Assembly (NCBI GenBank): GCA_035389185.1
Contig: DAOORK010000001.1
Coordinates: 759,419-823,418, forward strand
Reading direction: 5' to 3'
Length of the DNA stretch: 64,000 bases
Source of the DNA: Candidatus Woesebacteria bacterium
Lineage (GTDB): Bacteria > Patescibacteriota > Microgenomatia > UBA1400 > MFAQ01
Position numbers and translations under genes: made by a program. The notes under the pieces were generated by a model. The model had not been told where the DNA came from. It did not search any database and saw only the letters and a program-made list of their open reading frames with translations. This document shows, piece after piece, positions 18,858 to 31,033 of the stretch. Position 1 is the first letter of the stretch. The number at the start of each line of letters is the position of its first letter.

Positions 18858-20738
18858 TTATGAATGGGTGAGATTGAGATAACTGACTTGATAATCACTA
18901 GTGATGAGGAAGTGTTTCTCCCCACCCAGGTGGTCAATCTTGTCAGAGGAACAAACAATTCTGTCGGTGTTGGGAATGGTATCAAAATTACCATTTTCCA
19001 GGTTTTCGATGACGATTCCTTGATCGGTTGGCCAAAACACTTTATGGTCGTTGAAGGCTAAGGTGTGGAGATTGTTGTTGGGGTAGCCTGATAAAGGAAG
19101 AATACGATCGTAGGTGATCTGCCCGAAGTTATTGATAACGTTGGATAGAACAATCAAACGACCGCCTCGATTAACGGTACGCCGCAGCAGTATTGAGTCT
19201 CGACTAAAATGAACACAAAGATCCTGTAAAGAATCAGAGTTTTTTAGTGGAGGAACCTGTACTTCGTAGCGTTTGCCGTTGCTGATCAGTTGGAACTGGT
19301 ATTCAGCGAAAAAACGAGAAAGAGTAAGAACCAGTTTTCCTTCGCCATCTGCCCAGAACCAGGTTTGATTCGGGGCAATACTTATAGGTAATGAATCACT
19401 TAATACACTGTCGTTTACCAGCCTACTGATGGTGAGGTCACTGCCAGAGAGCTTTAACAGCCCTTGGCTAGTACCGCGGAAAGCGGCGAGTCGATTACCA
19501 AGGTAGATGGAAGTGTTTAGGGGAATCCAGGACGAGCCTGGAGCACTGATGGGGGTTAGGTAAACGATGTCACTGTCTTCGATATTGATGGCCAGATAAT
19601 CGTTACCGACGATGTCGAAACGGATAACTTTACCTTCAGGATCGAAGTTGATCGGTACCTTGACTGCCGTACTTGTTTGGGGGCGAATCCAGAGGAAAAG
19701 ACCGGTTTTTTCTTCGGAGATAGCGTAGAGAGTAGTCCCTTGCATCTTGGCGAAGATGATTCGACCGATACTTTTTATCATGGCTTCAAAATAATAGACA
19801 GGTCTAAAGTCGATGGCTGGAGTTTTGTGAGTACAGACAGGACATGCCTTTCTGGAGTTTGGATAGAAAGACCCACACGAATTACACTCGATGAGAGAGC
19901 TTTGAAAGTTTTTGAGGTCGTCAAGCTTTGGAGCAAGATAGTGATGTTTGGCGAAAACTTCATCAAAAAGGTGAAGTAAGTTATCGTCAATTGTCTCCGG
20001 ATGGGGACACAGTTTGGGGTAATTAACCCCAGATGTGAATAACCAGACTCCTTTTGAGGCCCGATCATGAAACTCAGTATACTTGGGGTGAATCTGCGAG
20101 TATGGATTGACGTTAAAGAGACTCCAGAAAAGGATAGTGTTGAAGCTATACCAGTCTGAGCTTTCGGTGAAGCTGATTTTTCCGGTGCTGACCTCTTTGT
20201 AGAGATCAGGACAAAGAAATAGATCTGTCCATACCGGACAGCGATAGCCTCCCATTTGCCAGGAGTCGGTGTCAAAACTGAAGGTTTCGATACCGTTTCT
20301 ACCGGCAACAAAAGCAATATTCCTGCCTGAAACATCCCCAACAACGATTTGCTGTTGATGAATGAGAGCGATGTCTTTGTAAGCGGAACTGAGGATGGCG
20401 ACTAGAGTAGGAGTGTTGATCTTGAGATCGCGGCGAAGCACGCGGTTGAAAAGCACGCCTGCTTCGCGGAAGTTCTTGGGTAAAAGCTTCATACCGTAGC
20501 CACAAAGGTCGCGACCATTTTTGGTGAGTCTGGACTGAGGAACAATGAAGTTGTTGGGTAGGTGCGGTTTGTTACGCAACATGAACTCAACCTTTTTAAC
20601 CTGGTCGGGTTCAGTTGTCTTCCAGATTTTGATTGCTTGATCGTTATATTTAACGACGACGGCTTGGCCACCATTTCCTAGAGTGTCGTTGACATTCAGG
20701 GAAATTTCTTGGCCATCGAGCTGATATCTTTCAGCCAT
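18858..20738 (-). CDS. protein-kinase-like (ePK-fold) domain protein with Cys4 zinc-ribbon and C-terminal beta-rich (propeller-like) domain
   Basis: Gly loop GNGGQAVVV, Lys in QAIKIWK, catalytic-loop-like VGDVSGRNI (D..N), FDTDSW (DFG-like), SDWYSFNTILF (APE-like); CNSCGSFYPNSRKACPVCTHK zinc ribbon; start codon immediately follows the PP2C stop, with SD inside PP2C 3' end. Confidence 0.6.
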   Translation of the reverse strand: MAERYQLDGQEISLNVNDTLGNGGQAVVVKYNDQAIKIWKTTEPDQVKKVEFMLRNKPHLPNNFIVPQSRLTKNGRDLCGYGMKLLPKNFREAGVLFNRVLRRDLKINTPTLVAILSSAYKDIALIHQQQIVVGDVSGRNIAFVAGRNGIETFSFDTDSWQMGGYRCPVWTDLFLCPDLYKEVSTGKISFTESSDWYSFNTILFWSLFNVNPYSQIHPKYTEFHDRASKGVWLFTSGVNYPKLCPHPETIDDNLLHLFDEVFAKHHYLAPKLDDLKNFQSSLIECNSCGSFYPNSRKACPVCTHKTPAIDFRPVYYFEAMIKSIGRIIFAKMQGTTLYAISEEKTGLFLWIRPQTSTAVKVPINFDPEGKVIRFDIVGNDYLAINIEDSDIVYLTPISAPGSSWIPLNTSIYLGNRLAAFRGTSQGLLKLSGSDLTISRLVNDSVLSDSLPISIAPNQTWFWADGEGKLVLTLSRFFAEYQFQLISNGKRYEVQVPPLKNSDSLQDLCVHFSRDSILLRRTVNRGGRLIVLSNVINNFGQITYDRILPLSGYPNNNLHTLAFNDHKVFWPTDQGIVIENLENGNFDTIPNTDRIVCSSDKIDHLGGEKHFLITSDYQVSYLNLTHS

Positions 20739-21485
20739 TTAAATCTCCTTTTTTTGAATGAAACAGACACTGACATTGTCGATTGTTTCGGCCCTGATAC
20801 AAGCGATGCGGTTGAGATTGAGTTGAAGGCTAACACTTGTCTTTGAGTGGTCGTGAAGTTCCTCAATAAGCTGAGGAAGATCGTTTAGTCCATCCGAGGC
20901 CATACCAACAAGAGAAATGTTTCCTGATGGGAAAAGAGTAGTTTTGAAACCTGTTGGAGTAATTCGATCGATTTCATCGCTGCCGTTGAAGCCAAATCTT
21001 TTATAAAGATTGTAGGCTGGGTAGGCAGGTCTGTTATCAGGTGAATGGATGGTTTCAAAGATTTTGTCGTTTAGATAGAATGATCCATCGCCAACCGAAA
21101 GAAACATGACCTCACTTGGGGTGGCGATAATACCAAGGGCGGTGCACATGAGATAGTTGGCAATAAAGCCAGGTATATCTGTGTCAGAATTATCGAAAAA
21201 TTGACAATCGACTTGCCATTGGAGAAAGTCCAGGTAGTTTTTGAATAGACTACCGGCGAGGGATGGGAGAGGTGTTTTTTGAAGCACCATCTCGCTTGCC
21301 TTCCGGACCAGATAATGGTTGGAAAGTAGCGCACCGACCTCAGAGTATTTCCCCGCGTGGCAACCATCGTTAATAAAAATGACGGCATTTTCTCCATCAG
21401 ACCAAGACGAGATTGCATCTTGGTTGTTTTTTCCTTCACGGAAGTAATTGAGTCCTTGTGCCGATGCACAACTTAGGGTCCACAT
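20739..21485 (-). CDS. PP2C-family Ser/Thr protein phosphatase
   Basis: NQDA, FINDGCHAG, SVGDGSFYL, MASDGL metal-binding motifs; 248 aa. Confidence 0.75.
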   Translation of the reverse strand: MWTLSCASAQGLNYFREGKNNQDAISSWSDGENAVIFINDGCHAGKYSEVGALLSNHYLVRKASEMVLQKTPLPSLAGSLFKNYLDFLQWQVDCQFFDNSDTDIPGFIANYLMCTALGIIATPSEVMFLSVGDGSFYLNDKIFETIHSPDNRPAYPAYNLYKRFGFNGSDEIDRITPTGFKTTLFPSGNISLVGMASDGLNDLPQLIEELHDHSKTSVSLQLNLNRIACIRAETIDNVSVCFIQKKEI

Positions 21486-21532
21486 ATTTTCTCCTTAAAT
21501 TAAATTTTTAGAGTGCATAAGAAACAGGGGAG

Positions 21533-21562
21533 ATTATACAACCTCCAGTCTCTTATATTCAA
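21533..21562 (-). promoter_or_regulatory. near-consensus promoter TTGAAT-N18-TATAAT (minus strand) upstream of PP2C-kinase operon
   Basis: reverse complement cttgaatataagagactggaggttgtataat. Confidence 0.45.
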
Positions 21563-21666
21563 GTTCTAAGATATCTTAGTGTACTTTGTACACTTATGAT
21601 ACTACCAAATCAGAGTATGTCAAGTAGTGCGGTTTCTAAAAAGTATAGGTGATTGATGAATAACTC

Positions 21667-21695
21667 TTGCTTAAATATTATAGGAAACATATAAT
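21667..21695 (+). promoter_or_regulatory. promoter TTGCTT-N17-TATAAT upstream of deacetylase gene
   Basis: ttgcttaaatattataggaaacatataat. Confidence 0.45.
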
Positions 21696-21746
21696 ATGCA
21701 ATAAGAACCTTGAAATATTATCTGTATAAATTTACGCTTTGAGGAG

Positions 21747-22796
21747 ATGATGATGAAAAGACCAATCGGAATATTTTTGTTTTTGATTTTTATTTTGATG
21801 AGCTGTTCGATATCACCGAGTACTAGTATGGCTACGGCCGATGATTTATTGACGCCTGATATTTACCTCTCAACTGTGACTTCGACACCTAGTCCAACAA
21901 TAGAGCCGGTGTTGGTGAGTGAAAGACAAAAAATCAGGTTAATTATGGAAGGGTACGGTGTGGTTGAAGAAAGTCAGTTGAACGATGAATATTGGGAGAG
22001 ATTGGCCTCCCAGGTTTCAAAGTATGGGGAAGCCAAGAGGATTCTGACTTTGGAGTATCACGGTGATAACTATAATATGTATGACGGTACTTACTCGATG
22101 AATCCCGAAGAATTTGAGTCAGAGATGCGTTATCTACTGGACAATGATTACCATTTTGTTACTGGTCCAGAGTTGGTAGGCTATCTTGAGGGATGGCTAA
22201 AACTGCCAACTAGATCGATAATTTTGACTACAGACTCCGGAGGAAACTCCGACGAATCGATGCCAAGAATGATTGCTTTATTTGGTAATCTTGAGGCTGA
22301 GTATGGAGTAGCGCCACACATGATTTCCTTTATCTGGACAACCAGCATGGATCCGGAACTGGAAATTCAGTGCAGAGATGATGCTTGTTGGCAAACATTT
22401 CGGGAAGCTATTCAGTCTGGATATTTCACTATTGGTTCACACACAGAGACTCATAGAGATTTTTCAACTCTGACTGACGTTGATACTACTTGGGACTTGG
22501 AAACGGCAGCAAAAACAATAAATAGCAACTTGGGAATTAATGTTTATGGAATATCGTGGCCATTTGAAAAATGTTCCACGAACCCGACACTAGTATCCAA
22601 CATGGGATACAAGTTTGCTTTCGGTGGTTTCAGCCGTGATAGATACCAACTGTTCACTTACTCAAGAGACAATGAGCCGTTGTGTTTACCACGACTTTTC
22701 CCGCCGAATAGACACGGAATATCCGGCAGGCCTAGCGGGATGACATTGGCCCAAATGCTGGATGAGATGATGAACGCGTTTGCACCTTTGGAATAA
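21747..22796 (+). CDS. lipoprotein, polysaccharide deacetylase (NodB/CE4)-like
   Basis: lipobox LMSC after signal peptide; TTDSGGNSD and IGSHTETH NodB-like motifs. Confidence 0.5.
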   Translation: MMMKRPIGIFLFLIFILMSCSISPSTSMATADDLLTPDIYLSTVTSTPSPTIEPVLVSERQKIRLIMEGYGVVEESQLNDEYWERLASQVSKYGEAKRILTLEYHGDNYNMYDGTYSMNPEEFESEMRYLLDNDYHFVTGPELVGYLEGWLKLPTRSIILTTDSGGNSDESMPRMIALFGNLEAEYGVAPHMISFIWTTSMDPELEIQCRDDACWQTFREAIQSGYFTIGSHTETHRDFSTLTDVDTTWDLETAAKTINSNLGINVYGISWPFEKCSTNPTLVSNMGYKFAFGGFSRDRYQLFTYSRDNEPLCLPRLFPPNRHGISGRPSGMTLAQMLDEMMNAFAPLE

Positions 22797-22802
22797 ATGA
22801 TT

Positions 22803-22828
22803 GCCCTGACTTCGGTCGGGGCTTTTTT
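22803..22828 (+). terminator. intrinsic terminator gccctgacttcggtcggggc + T6
   Basis: stem-loop plus U-tract directly after stop. Confidence 0.65.
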
Positions 22829-22833
22829 GTGTC

Positions 22834-22862
22834 TTGAAATATCTTATAAAAATGTGTATAAT
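22834..22862 (+). promoter_or_regulatory. extended -10 promoter TTGAAA-N17-TGnTATAAT
   Basis: cttgaaatatcttataaaaatgtgtataat. Confidence 0.5.
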
Positions 22863-22908
22863 GCTTTTTTGAACTTTGAAAACAATCTTATCTCTCGAGG
22901 AGGAGACG

Positions 22909-24414
22909 ATGAAAAATAACCTTTACGGGTTAATTGTTTTAATATTATTGGTAGGGTTTTTGGCGACCCCTATAAATCGGGTAAGCGCTGAGAGTTCATC
23001 TCTTGTCCTTGATACCAGAACCGAAGTAGCTCTAAGAGCCGCTTCACTGGCAACCGAGACGATGACCGGAGTGTACTCTTGGAAAGACTATCGTTCTTGT
23101 TCAAGCTTTGTGTCTACCTACCTTAAGCAATTGGCTTTTCCGGTAGACGGCATGAAAGGACAGTACGAATACTACGACGATCCATTTCCCTGGTCGGGGA
23201 CGATTGAACAAACCGACTGGATCAGGAGAAATGCTTCTGAGTATGTTCAGGATGCACCACTAATCGACTTTTTGGAAGGAAAACTGTGGGATCAAATCAA
23301 GCCCGGGGACATCATATATCTCCAGACAGCGATTGGTCATAACGGTTATAACACTTACTACCATGTTGTTGTGTTGGTGGGTTACCACGAAGATGGTTCA
23401 CCCCAGTTTGCCGAAATCTCTCCCGGAAGTAGCGCTTCCTTTGAAAGAAGCTTTGAAGAAATGACAAGCTTTTATCAAAAGGACATGAAGGGGCAATGGG
23501 ATGTTGAACCATACCAAACAAATCCGACAGTTGTTCCTGGACCACTAATGGTTACTTGGTTTGACCCCTTGGCCTATCTGAATAGCGGGCTGTGGTTAAA
23601 ATCCGGTGTAGTTGTCCCCAATAGTGAAATATTGAGCGATAACTTTTCTACTGTCATAACGGTGAACCTTTACGATGGAACGACCGCAATTTTTGAGAAA
23701 ACACCGGAAATGACAAGTGGCTGGAACCAGGTTACGATTGACGGCAAAAAAGAGTTTTATGCAGTTATTGGTCGTTTCTTGCCCACAAACAACACAATTG
23801 GTAATACGTTTTTCCAAAGTCACGAGAACGAAATTTATGACAGTGATTTTGGAGTATATATCTCTGAGGATGGGGTTTACCAAAACACATGGACACCTCA
23901 GATGATTGCCAGAGTGACGACGTTTAGCTACATCTCCGGTTTTGGCGGATTGGACGGCTCAACTGACACGGCTATAATGACACCTCTGGTATACGACTCT
24001 AATGGTGATGCTGTGGATGCGACTTTCCATTCTTCGTTCACAATTCACAGAATTCCTGATGTAGAAAATCAAGATATGCTTCTTAGAACCGACCTTCTGG
24101 AAGCGGCAAACAATCTTGATGGCGACAACTACGGTCCGATCCCTGTCCCAAAAGGAAATCTTTCTTCTGGATGTGTCAACTACGATGTGCAAACGTGGGC
24201 GATACTAAAGGAGTATTTAAGTGGTGAGCTGGATGGGGGAGTTGGAGTTGTTCTGAGTTATCCTGGTTTTGACCAAGATATTCTTCCCAACTTCGACCTG
24301 TTTAGCAGCCCCTTTTTGGGTGAAATCTTCTCCGAGTGGTGTCCTCTATCTGGAGAAATTAAATGTGATCCTTACGATAGAAGAGACTATCGGGATACGT
24401 ACCTTGATGATTAG
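22909..24414 (+). CDS. secreted protein with putative papain-fold (NlpC/P60/CHAP-like) cysteine peptidase N-domain
   Basis: signal peptide after start at 22909 (SD gaggagg); Cys in YRSCSSFVSTY and His in YHVVVLVGYHED spaced as in NlpC/P60 Cys-His dyads; long C-terminal beta-rich region. Confidence 0.35.
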   Translation: MKNNLYGLIVLILLVGFLATPINRVSAESSSLVLDTRTEVALRAASLATETMTGVYSWKDYRSCSSFVSTYLKQLAFPVDGMKGQYEYYDDPFPWSGTIEQTDWIRRNASEYVQDAPLIDFLEGKLWDQIKPGDIIYLQTAIGHNGYNTYYHVVVLVGYHEDGSPQFAEISPGSSASFERSFEEMTSFYQKDMKGQWDVEPYQTNPTVVPGPLMVTWFDPLAYLNSGLWLKSGVVVPNSEILSDNFSTVITVNLYDGTTAIFEKTPEMTSGWNQVTIDGKKEFYAVIGRFLPTNNTIGNTFFQSHENEIYDSDFGVYISEDGVYQNTWTPQMIARVTTFSYISGFGGLDGSTDTAIMTPLVYDSNGDAVDATFHSSFTIHRIPDVENQDMLLRTDLLEAANNLDGDNYGPIPVPKGNLSSGCVNYDVQTWAILKEYLSGELDGGVGVVLSYPGFDQDILPNFDLFSSPFLGEIFSEWCPLSGEIKCDPYDRRDYRDTYLDD

Positions 24415-24484
24415 TAATCAACCCTTCCCAAACCGGGGAGGGTTTTTTAATGGTAGAATCGAGATGTACTTTACAAGGAGGATT

Positions 24485-24829
24485 ATGGAAATATTGTTTT
24501 TTAATTTTCCCAAAAATGTGTCTTATGACAGTGATTTGATATTACAGTTCCAGATTGTGGCGCAGACACTGTCAAGAGAAGCGCCGAAGATTGATTTTCA
24601 CTGTATTAATGAAGAAAGTCCTAAAGTGCATATTTTGGTGGTGAGTGTTCCTAAAAGAATGAAAGACAATGAGAGACGACAGCTGGCTTGGCATATCTTG
24701 TGGTTTTTGCACCGACACTCGCTTGATGCTGGATCAGATGTGCGCTATCCCGGTTTCAAAAAAAATGGGATCTTTACCATAAATGATTTCCCGGAGTTGT
24801 TGGCTAAACCTCACCCCTCAGTAAAATGA
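24485..24829 (+). CDS. hypothetical protein
   Basis: SD aggagg then ATG 24485; 114 aa; followed by terminator. Confidence 0.35.
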   Translation: MEILFFNFPKNVSYDSDLILQFQIVAQTLSREAPKIDFHCINEESPKVHILVVSVPKRMKDNERRQLAWHILWFLHRHSLDAGSDVRYPGFKKNGIFTINDFPELLAKPHPSVK

Positions 24830-24842
24830 GGGGCTTTTTTTT
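24813..24842 (+). terminator. intrinsic terminator cccctcagtaaaatgagggg + T9
   Basis: stem-loop overlapping stop codon. Confidence 0.65.
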
Positions 24843-24857
24843 ATATACAATGAAGTT

Positions 24858-25493
24858 ATGAAATATAAATATTTTTTGTTTGATTGGGATGGCAGTTTGG
24901 CAAATAATTTACCAATTTGGTTTTCCGGCTATAAGAAAATATTTTCCAAACACGGAATTGAGGTGAATTATGAAGTAATTTCTCGTGAGGTTTTGGGAGA
25001 CTGGGAGGGTCCTAAAAGACTGGGAATAGGGGACGTTGATGAGTTTTTTCGAGAGCTGGAGACGGAGGTTTTGGATAAATTGAACGAAGCGAAATTAAAT
25101 CCTGGAGTGATGCCTATTTTGGAACAGATTAAGGCCAATGGGGGCAAAATCGGGGTAGTGACGGCGTCTAGAAAAAGATGGGTAAAAACAGCTTTGAGAA
25201 ATAATAATTTGAGGGATTTGGTGGATGTATTTTTGGGGAAAGAGGATGTAACGTATGCCAAACCGGATCCTGAAAGTCTATTGAAAGCACTAAAATTGAT
25301 GGAAGGAAAGGCAGAAGAAGCGATTATGATTGGCGATAATGGCAAAGATGTTGTGGCCGGAAAAAGAGCCGGGATGGAAACGGCATTGTATTTTCCCGAT
25401 AGGTACAGTGAGTTTTATACAAAAGAGGTTCAAACGAGATGGGGAGCAACATATATGATTGAGGACTTTGACGAATTAAAGAAGTTTTTGTAG
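24858..25493 (+). CDS. HAD-superfamily hydrolase (subfamily IA, phosphatase-like)
   Basis: motif I FLFDWDGSL, motif II VVTASRK, motif III/IV K...GDNGKDVVAGKRAG. Confidence 0.75.
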   Translation: MKYKYFLFDWDGSLANNLPIWFSGYKKIFSKHGIEVNYEVISREVLGDWEGPKRLGIGDVDEFFRELETEVLDKLNEAKLNPGVMPILEQIKANGGKIGVVTASRKRWVKTALRNNNLRDLVDVFLGKEDVTYAKPDPESLLKALKLMEGKAEEAIMIGDNGKDVVAGKRAGMETALYFPDRYSEFYTKEVQTRWGATYMIEDFDELKKFL

Positions 25494-25512
25494 GGGGTTG
25501 GTATAAGAAAAA

Positions 25513-25540
25513 CCCGCCTTTTGGGCGGGTGGTTTTATTT
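25513..25540. terminator. bidirectional terminator cccgccttttgggcggg
   Basis: A-run/T-run flanked GC stem between convergent genes. Confidence 0.6.
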
Positions 25541-25984
25541 GGCGTCGTTGACATTGACTATTAAAAAGACAATGACAAGGTTGATGACGATGTAGAGAAG
25601 AAGGCTGGGAAGAGTCAGGTAGTTTACGGAACGAAAACAGTATATCAGTGTTTCGACAAGGACGAATAGATTCGTTCCGATCCAAACAAGAGTGAGTGAA
25701 AGGAAGCTGTTGGGCGTCATTTTGATACCAAACTCTGGTTTGTAATGAAGAATGATAGTCGAGATACTTTGGCTAAGGCCAAAAGTGCCCATAAAAATGA
25801 ATAAACAGCCAAGGAGGGAAAAAGCAAGATCGAAGAACAAAGAATAATTTAGTAGATAGATGAAGTTAACGTAGCCAATGACTATAGCGAGTATGTCACC
25901 AAGGGTGAACAATATAATCTTGGCAGTGGAGTAATTATTTATTCGAGGATGTTTTTCGGCGAACGTTTGGAATCTATTTTCCAT
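25535..25984 (-). CDS. polytopic membrane protein, hypothetical
   Basis: 149 aa, 4 predicted TM. Confidence 0.45.
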   Translation of the reverse strand: MENRFQTFAEKHPRINNYSTAKIILFTLGDILAIVIGYVNFIYLLNYSLFFDLAFSLLGCLFIFMGTFGLSQSISTIILHYKPEFGIKMTPNSFLSLTLVWIGTNLFVLVETLIYCFRSVNYLTLPSLLLYIVINLVIVFLIVNVNDAK

Positions 25985-26052
25985 TTATACCTCTCAGTCT
26001 TAAGGTGCGGTGGTGTGTATTTTAGGCCATTTGGGCTGTATGTCAATAAAAA

Positions 26053-26071
26053 CCCGCCTTTATGAGGCGGG
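26053..26071 (-). terminator. terminator cccgcctttatgaggcggg
   Basis: GC stem then U-run on minus. Confidence 0.5.
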
Positions 26072-26341
26072 GTCGGGGTTGACGAACAGGAAGATAGAGG
26101 TGAGGCCAAAAGTTTTGATTGTTTCAATGACTGCTTCTTTTTGTTCTTTGGTTAGTCCATGGTGACTAATAATCTCAAAGTTAAAAGAGGGGTTAACAGT
26201 CTCTTGGGGTAGGAGATAAAAACGATGGCTGACCCATGAACTTTGGTCTTGTTCGTTAGCCCAGTTTTGAAGTTGGACGTGGATGGATCTGGTATTTGAT
26301 TGATCTTGAACAACGGCGGAGAAGACAGTTCTAACTGACAT
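26060..26341 (-). CDS. hypothetical protein
   Basis: start moved to MSVRTVF preceded by SD aaggagg (ORF-track start 26440 lacks SD). Confidence 0.35.
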   Translation of the reverse strand: MSVRTVFSAVVQDQSNTRSIHVQLQNWANEQDQSSWVSHRFYLLPQETVNPSFNFEIISHHGLTKEQKEAVIETIKTFGLTSIFLFVNPDPAS

Positions 26342-26430
26342 ATGGCCTCCTTGTGAACGTGCGTTGAGTCTCATTCTACACATTTTTTGATAGTTTGACG
26401 AGATGATTTTGTGATTGGTATGATGAAGGT

Positions 26431-27168
26431 ATGAAAGCAATAAAATTTTCGTTAGGTTTGGGGAGCGTGGTGGCGATTTTGGCTCTTTTGTACTTCTTCC
26501 CTTGGAAAAACATTACCTGGGGTAAAGTGGTGATGAGTCCAGAGAGAATCGTTACGGTGACGGGATATGCGGAGTCTCAAGAACAAAATCAGATTGCGGA
26601 GTTTAGTGCCGGGGTGAGTTCGATAAAAGACAATAAAGATGAAGCTGTAAAAGAGGTTAATGACAAAATCAACGCCATCACAATAGCGGTGAAGGAGTTT
26701 GGAGTGAGTTCGGATGATATCCAAACCCAGTCGATGAGTGTGTACCAAGGACAGGAAACCTATTATGACAATGGAGTACAAAAAAGCAGACCCGGACAAT
26801 GGAATGTCAACAATACAATCGTGATTACACTAAGAGATACAGCAAAGGCTAACGGGCTGACGGACTTACTGACCAAGAGTGGGGCAACAAATGTTTATGG
26901 ACCAAACTTTCAACTGGACACAAGTAAAAAAGCAGAGGATTCCTTGATGGCCGCGGCAATTGCTGATGCTAGAGTCAAGGCGGAAGCAATGGCCAAGGCG
27001 AGTGACACCAGTTTGAATAAAGTGATTAGTGTGACTGAAGGAAGCAGCGGATCGACGGCTTATCCACTACTCTACGCGAAGGCTGATGGGATGGGGGGAG
27101 GAGCTTCACTTGAGGCTGGAACATCAAAAATAAGTAAGACGGTGACGGTGGTTTGGAGTCTTAAGTAG
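26431..27168 (+). CDS. SIMPL/DUF541-family periplasmic protein
   Basis: N-terminal TM anchor; characteristic two-lobed DUF541 pattern (VTVTGYAES..., ...KAEAMAKA...). Confidence 0.7.
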   Translation: MKAIKFSLGLGSVVAILALLYFFPWKNITWGKVVMSPERIVTVTGYAESQEQNQIAEFSAGVSSIKDNKDEAVKEVNDKINAITIAVKEFGVSSDDIQTQSMSVYQGQETYYDNGVQKSRPGQWNVNNTIVITLRDTAKANGLTDLLTKSGATNVYGPNFQLDTSKKAEDSLMAAAIADARVKAEAMAKASDTSLNKVISVTEGSSGSTAYPLLYAKADGMGGGASLEAGTSKISKTVTVVWSLK

Positions 27169-27170
27169 GA

Positions 27171-27201
27171 CTTGCACAAAACCATCTCGATTGGTATACT
27201 A
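27171..27201 (+). promoter_or_regulatory. promoter-like TTGCAC-N17-TATACT
   Basis: ttgcacaaaaccatctcgattggtatact located ~85 nt upstream of terminator at 27286. Confidence 0.35.
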
Positions 27202-27285
27202 TCACTTGTCCTTAGCAGACAATATGATTTTTACTCAAAAGATAACAACAAAGTCTCCTTAGATTTTTTGTTGCCTTTTGTGCAA

Positions 27286-27315
27286 AAACAGCTTCGCTAA
27301 GGCGAAGCTTTTTTA
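27286..27315 (+). terminator. intrinsic terminator agcttcgctaaggcgaagct + T6
   Basis: 8-bp stem, tetraloop, U-tract. Confidence 0.6.
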
Positions 27316-27351
27316 ATAGATGCACATTTTTAACAATCCGAAAAGATATAC

Positions 27352-27424
27352 GGGCCGTTAGCTCATCTGGTAGAGCGCTACATTTGCAATGTAGAGGTGG
27401 CCGGTCCGAGTCCGGCACGGTCCA
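27352..27424 (+). tRNA. tRNA-Ala (anticodon TGC)
   Basis: cloverleaf: acceptor GGGCCGT/ACGGTCC with diagnostic G3:U70, D-stem GCTC/GAGC, anticodon loop TTTGCAA, T-stem GCCGG/CCGGC; CC of CCA encoded. Confidence 0.9.
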
Positions 27425-27596
27425 CCCTCCTCATAGGCGAGTAGGTACTGAAATTCGAGAACTGGTGATTGACTCTAAAGAAACTTCCATTTAGAATCGA
27501 CCACGAGCTCTTGGAGCTCTAGTAAGGATTGCTCCTTGAAAAGTGAATAGATTATGCAAGTAGATCGCATGAATTCAAATTCAATTTGAAATTTTT

Positions 27597-30822
<3,226 letters not shown>

Positions 30823-30887
30823 ATTTATCATGCTATCTTTTTGCAATCGTCTATTCACTATTCAGGGAGTAATACATACTTTAATAT

Positions 30888-30961
30888 CGTATTAGGTATC
30901 AAGTATTAAGTATTATGTATTGGGAAATGCATAATACGTACTGCATAATACGTAATACGAG
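30888..30961. repeat. palindromic array of GTATTA(N)GTATTATGTAT-family repeats in 23S-5S spacer
   Basis: cgtattaggtatcaagtattaagtattatgtatt ... cataatacgtactgcataatacgtaatacg (second half is reverse complement of first). Confidence 0.6.
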
Positions 30962-31033
30962 AAACCTTGAAATTTGATAAACGATTATCACTGGAGAAGA
31001 TAGGAGAGAATTAATAACTTTTCTCTATTATCT

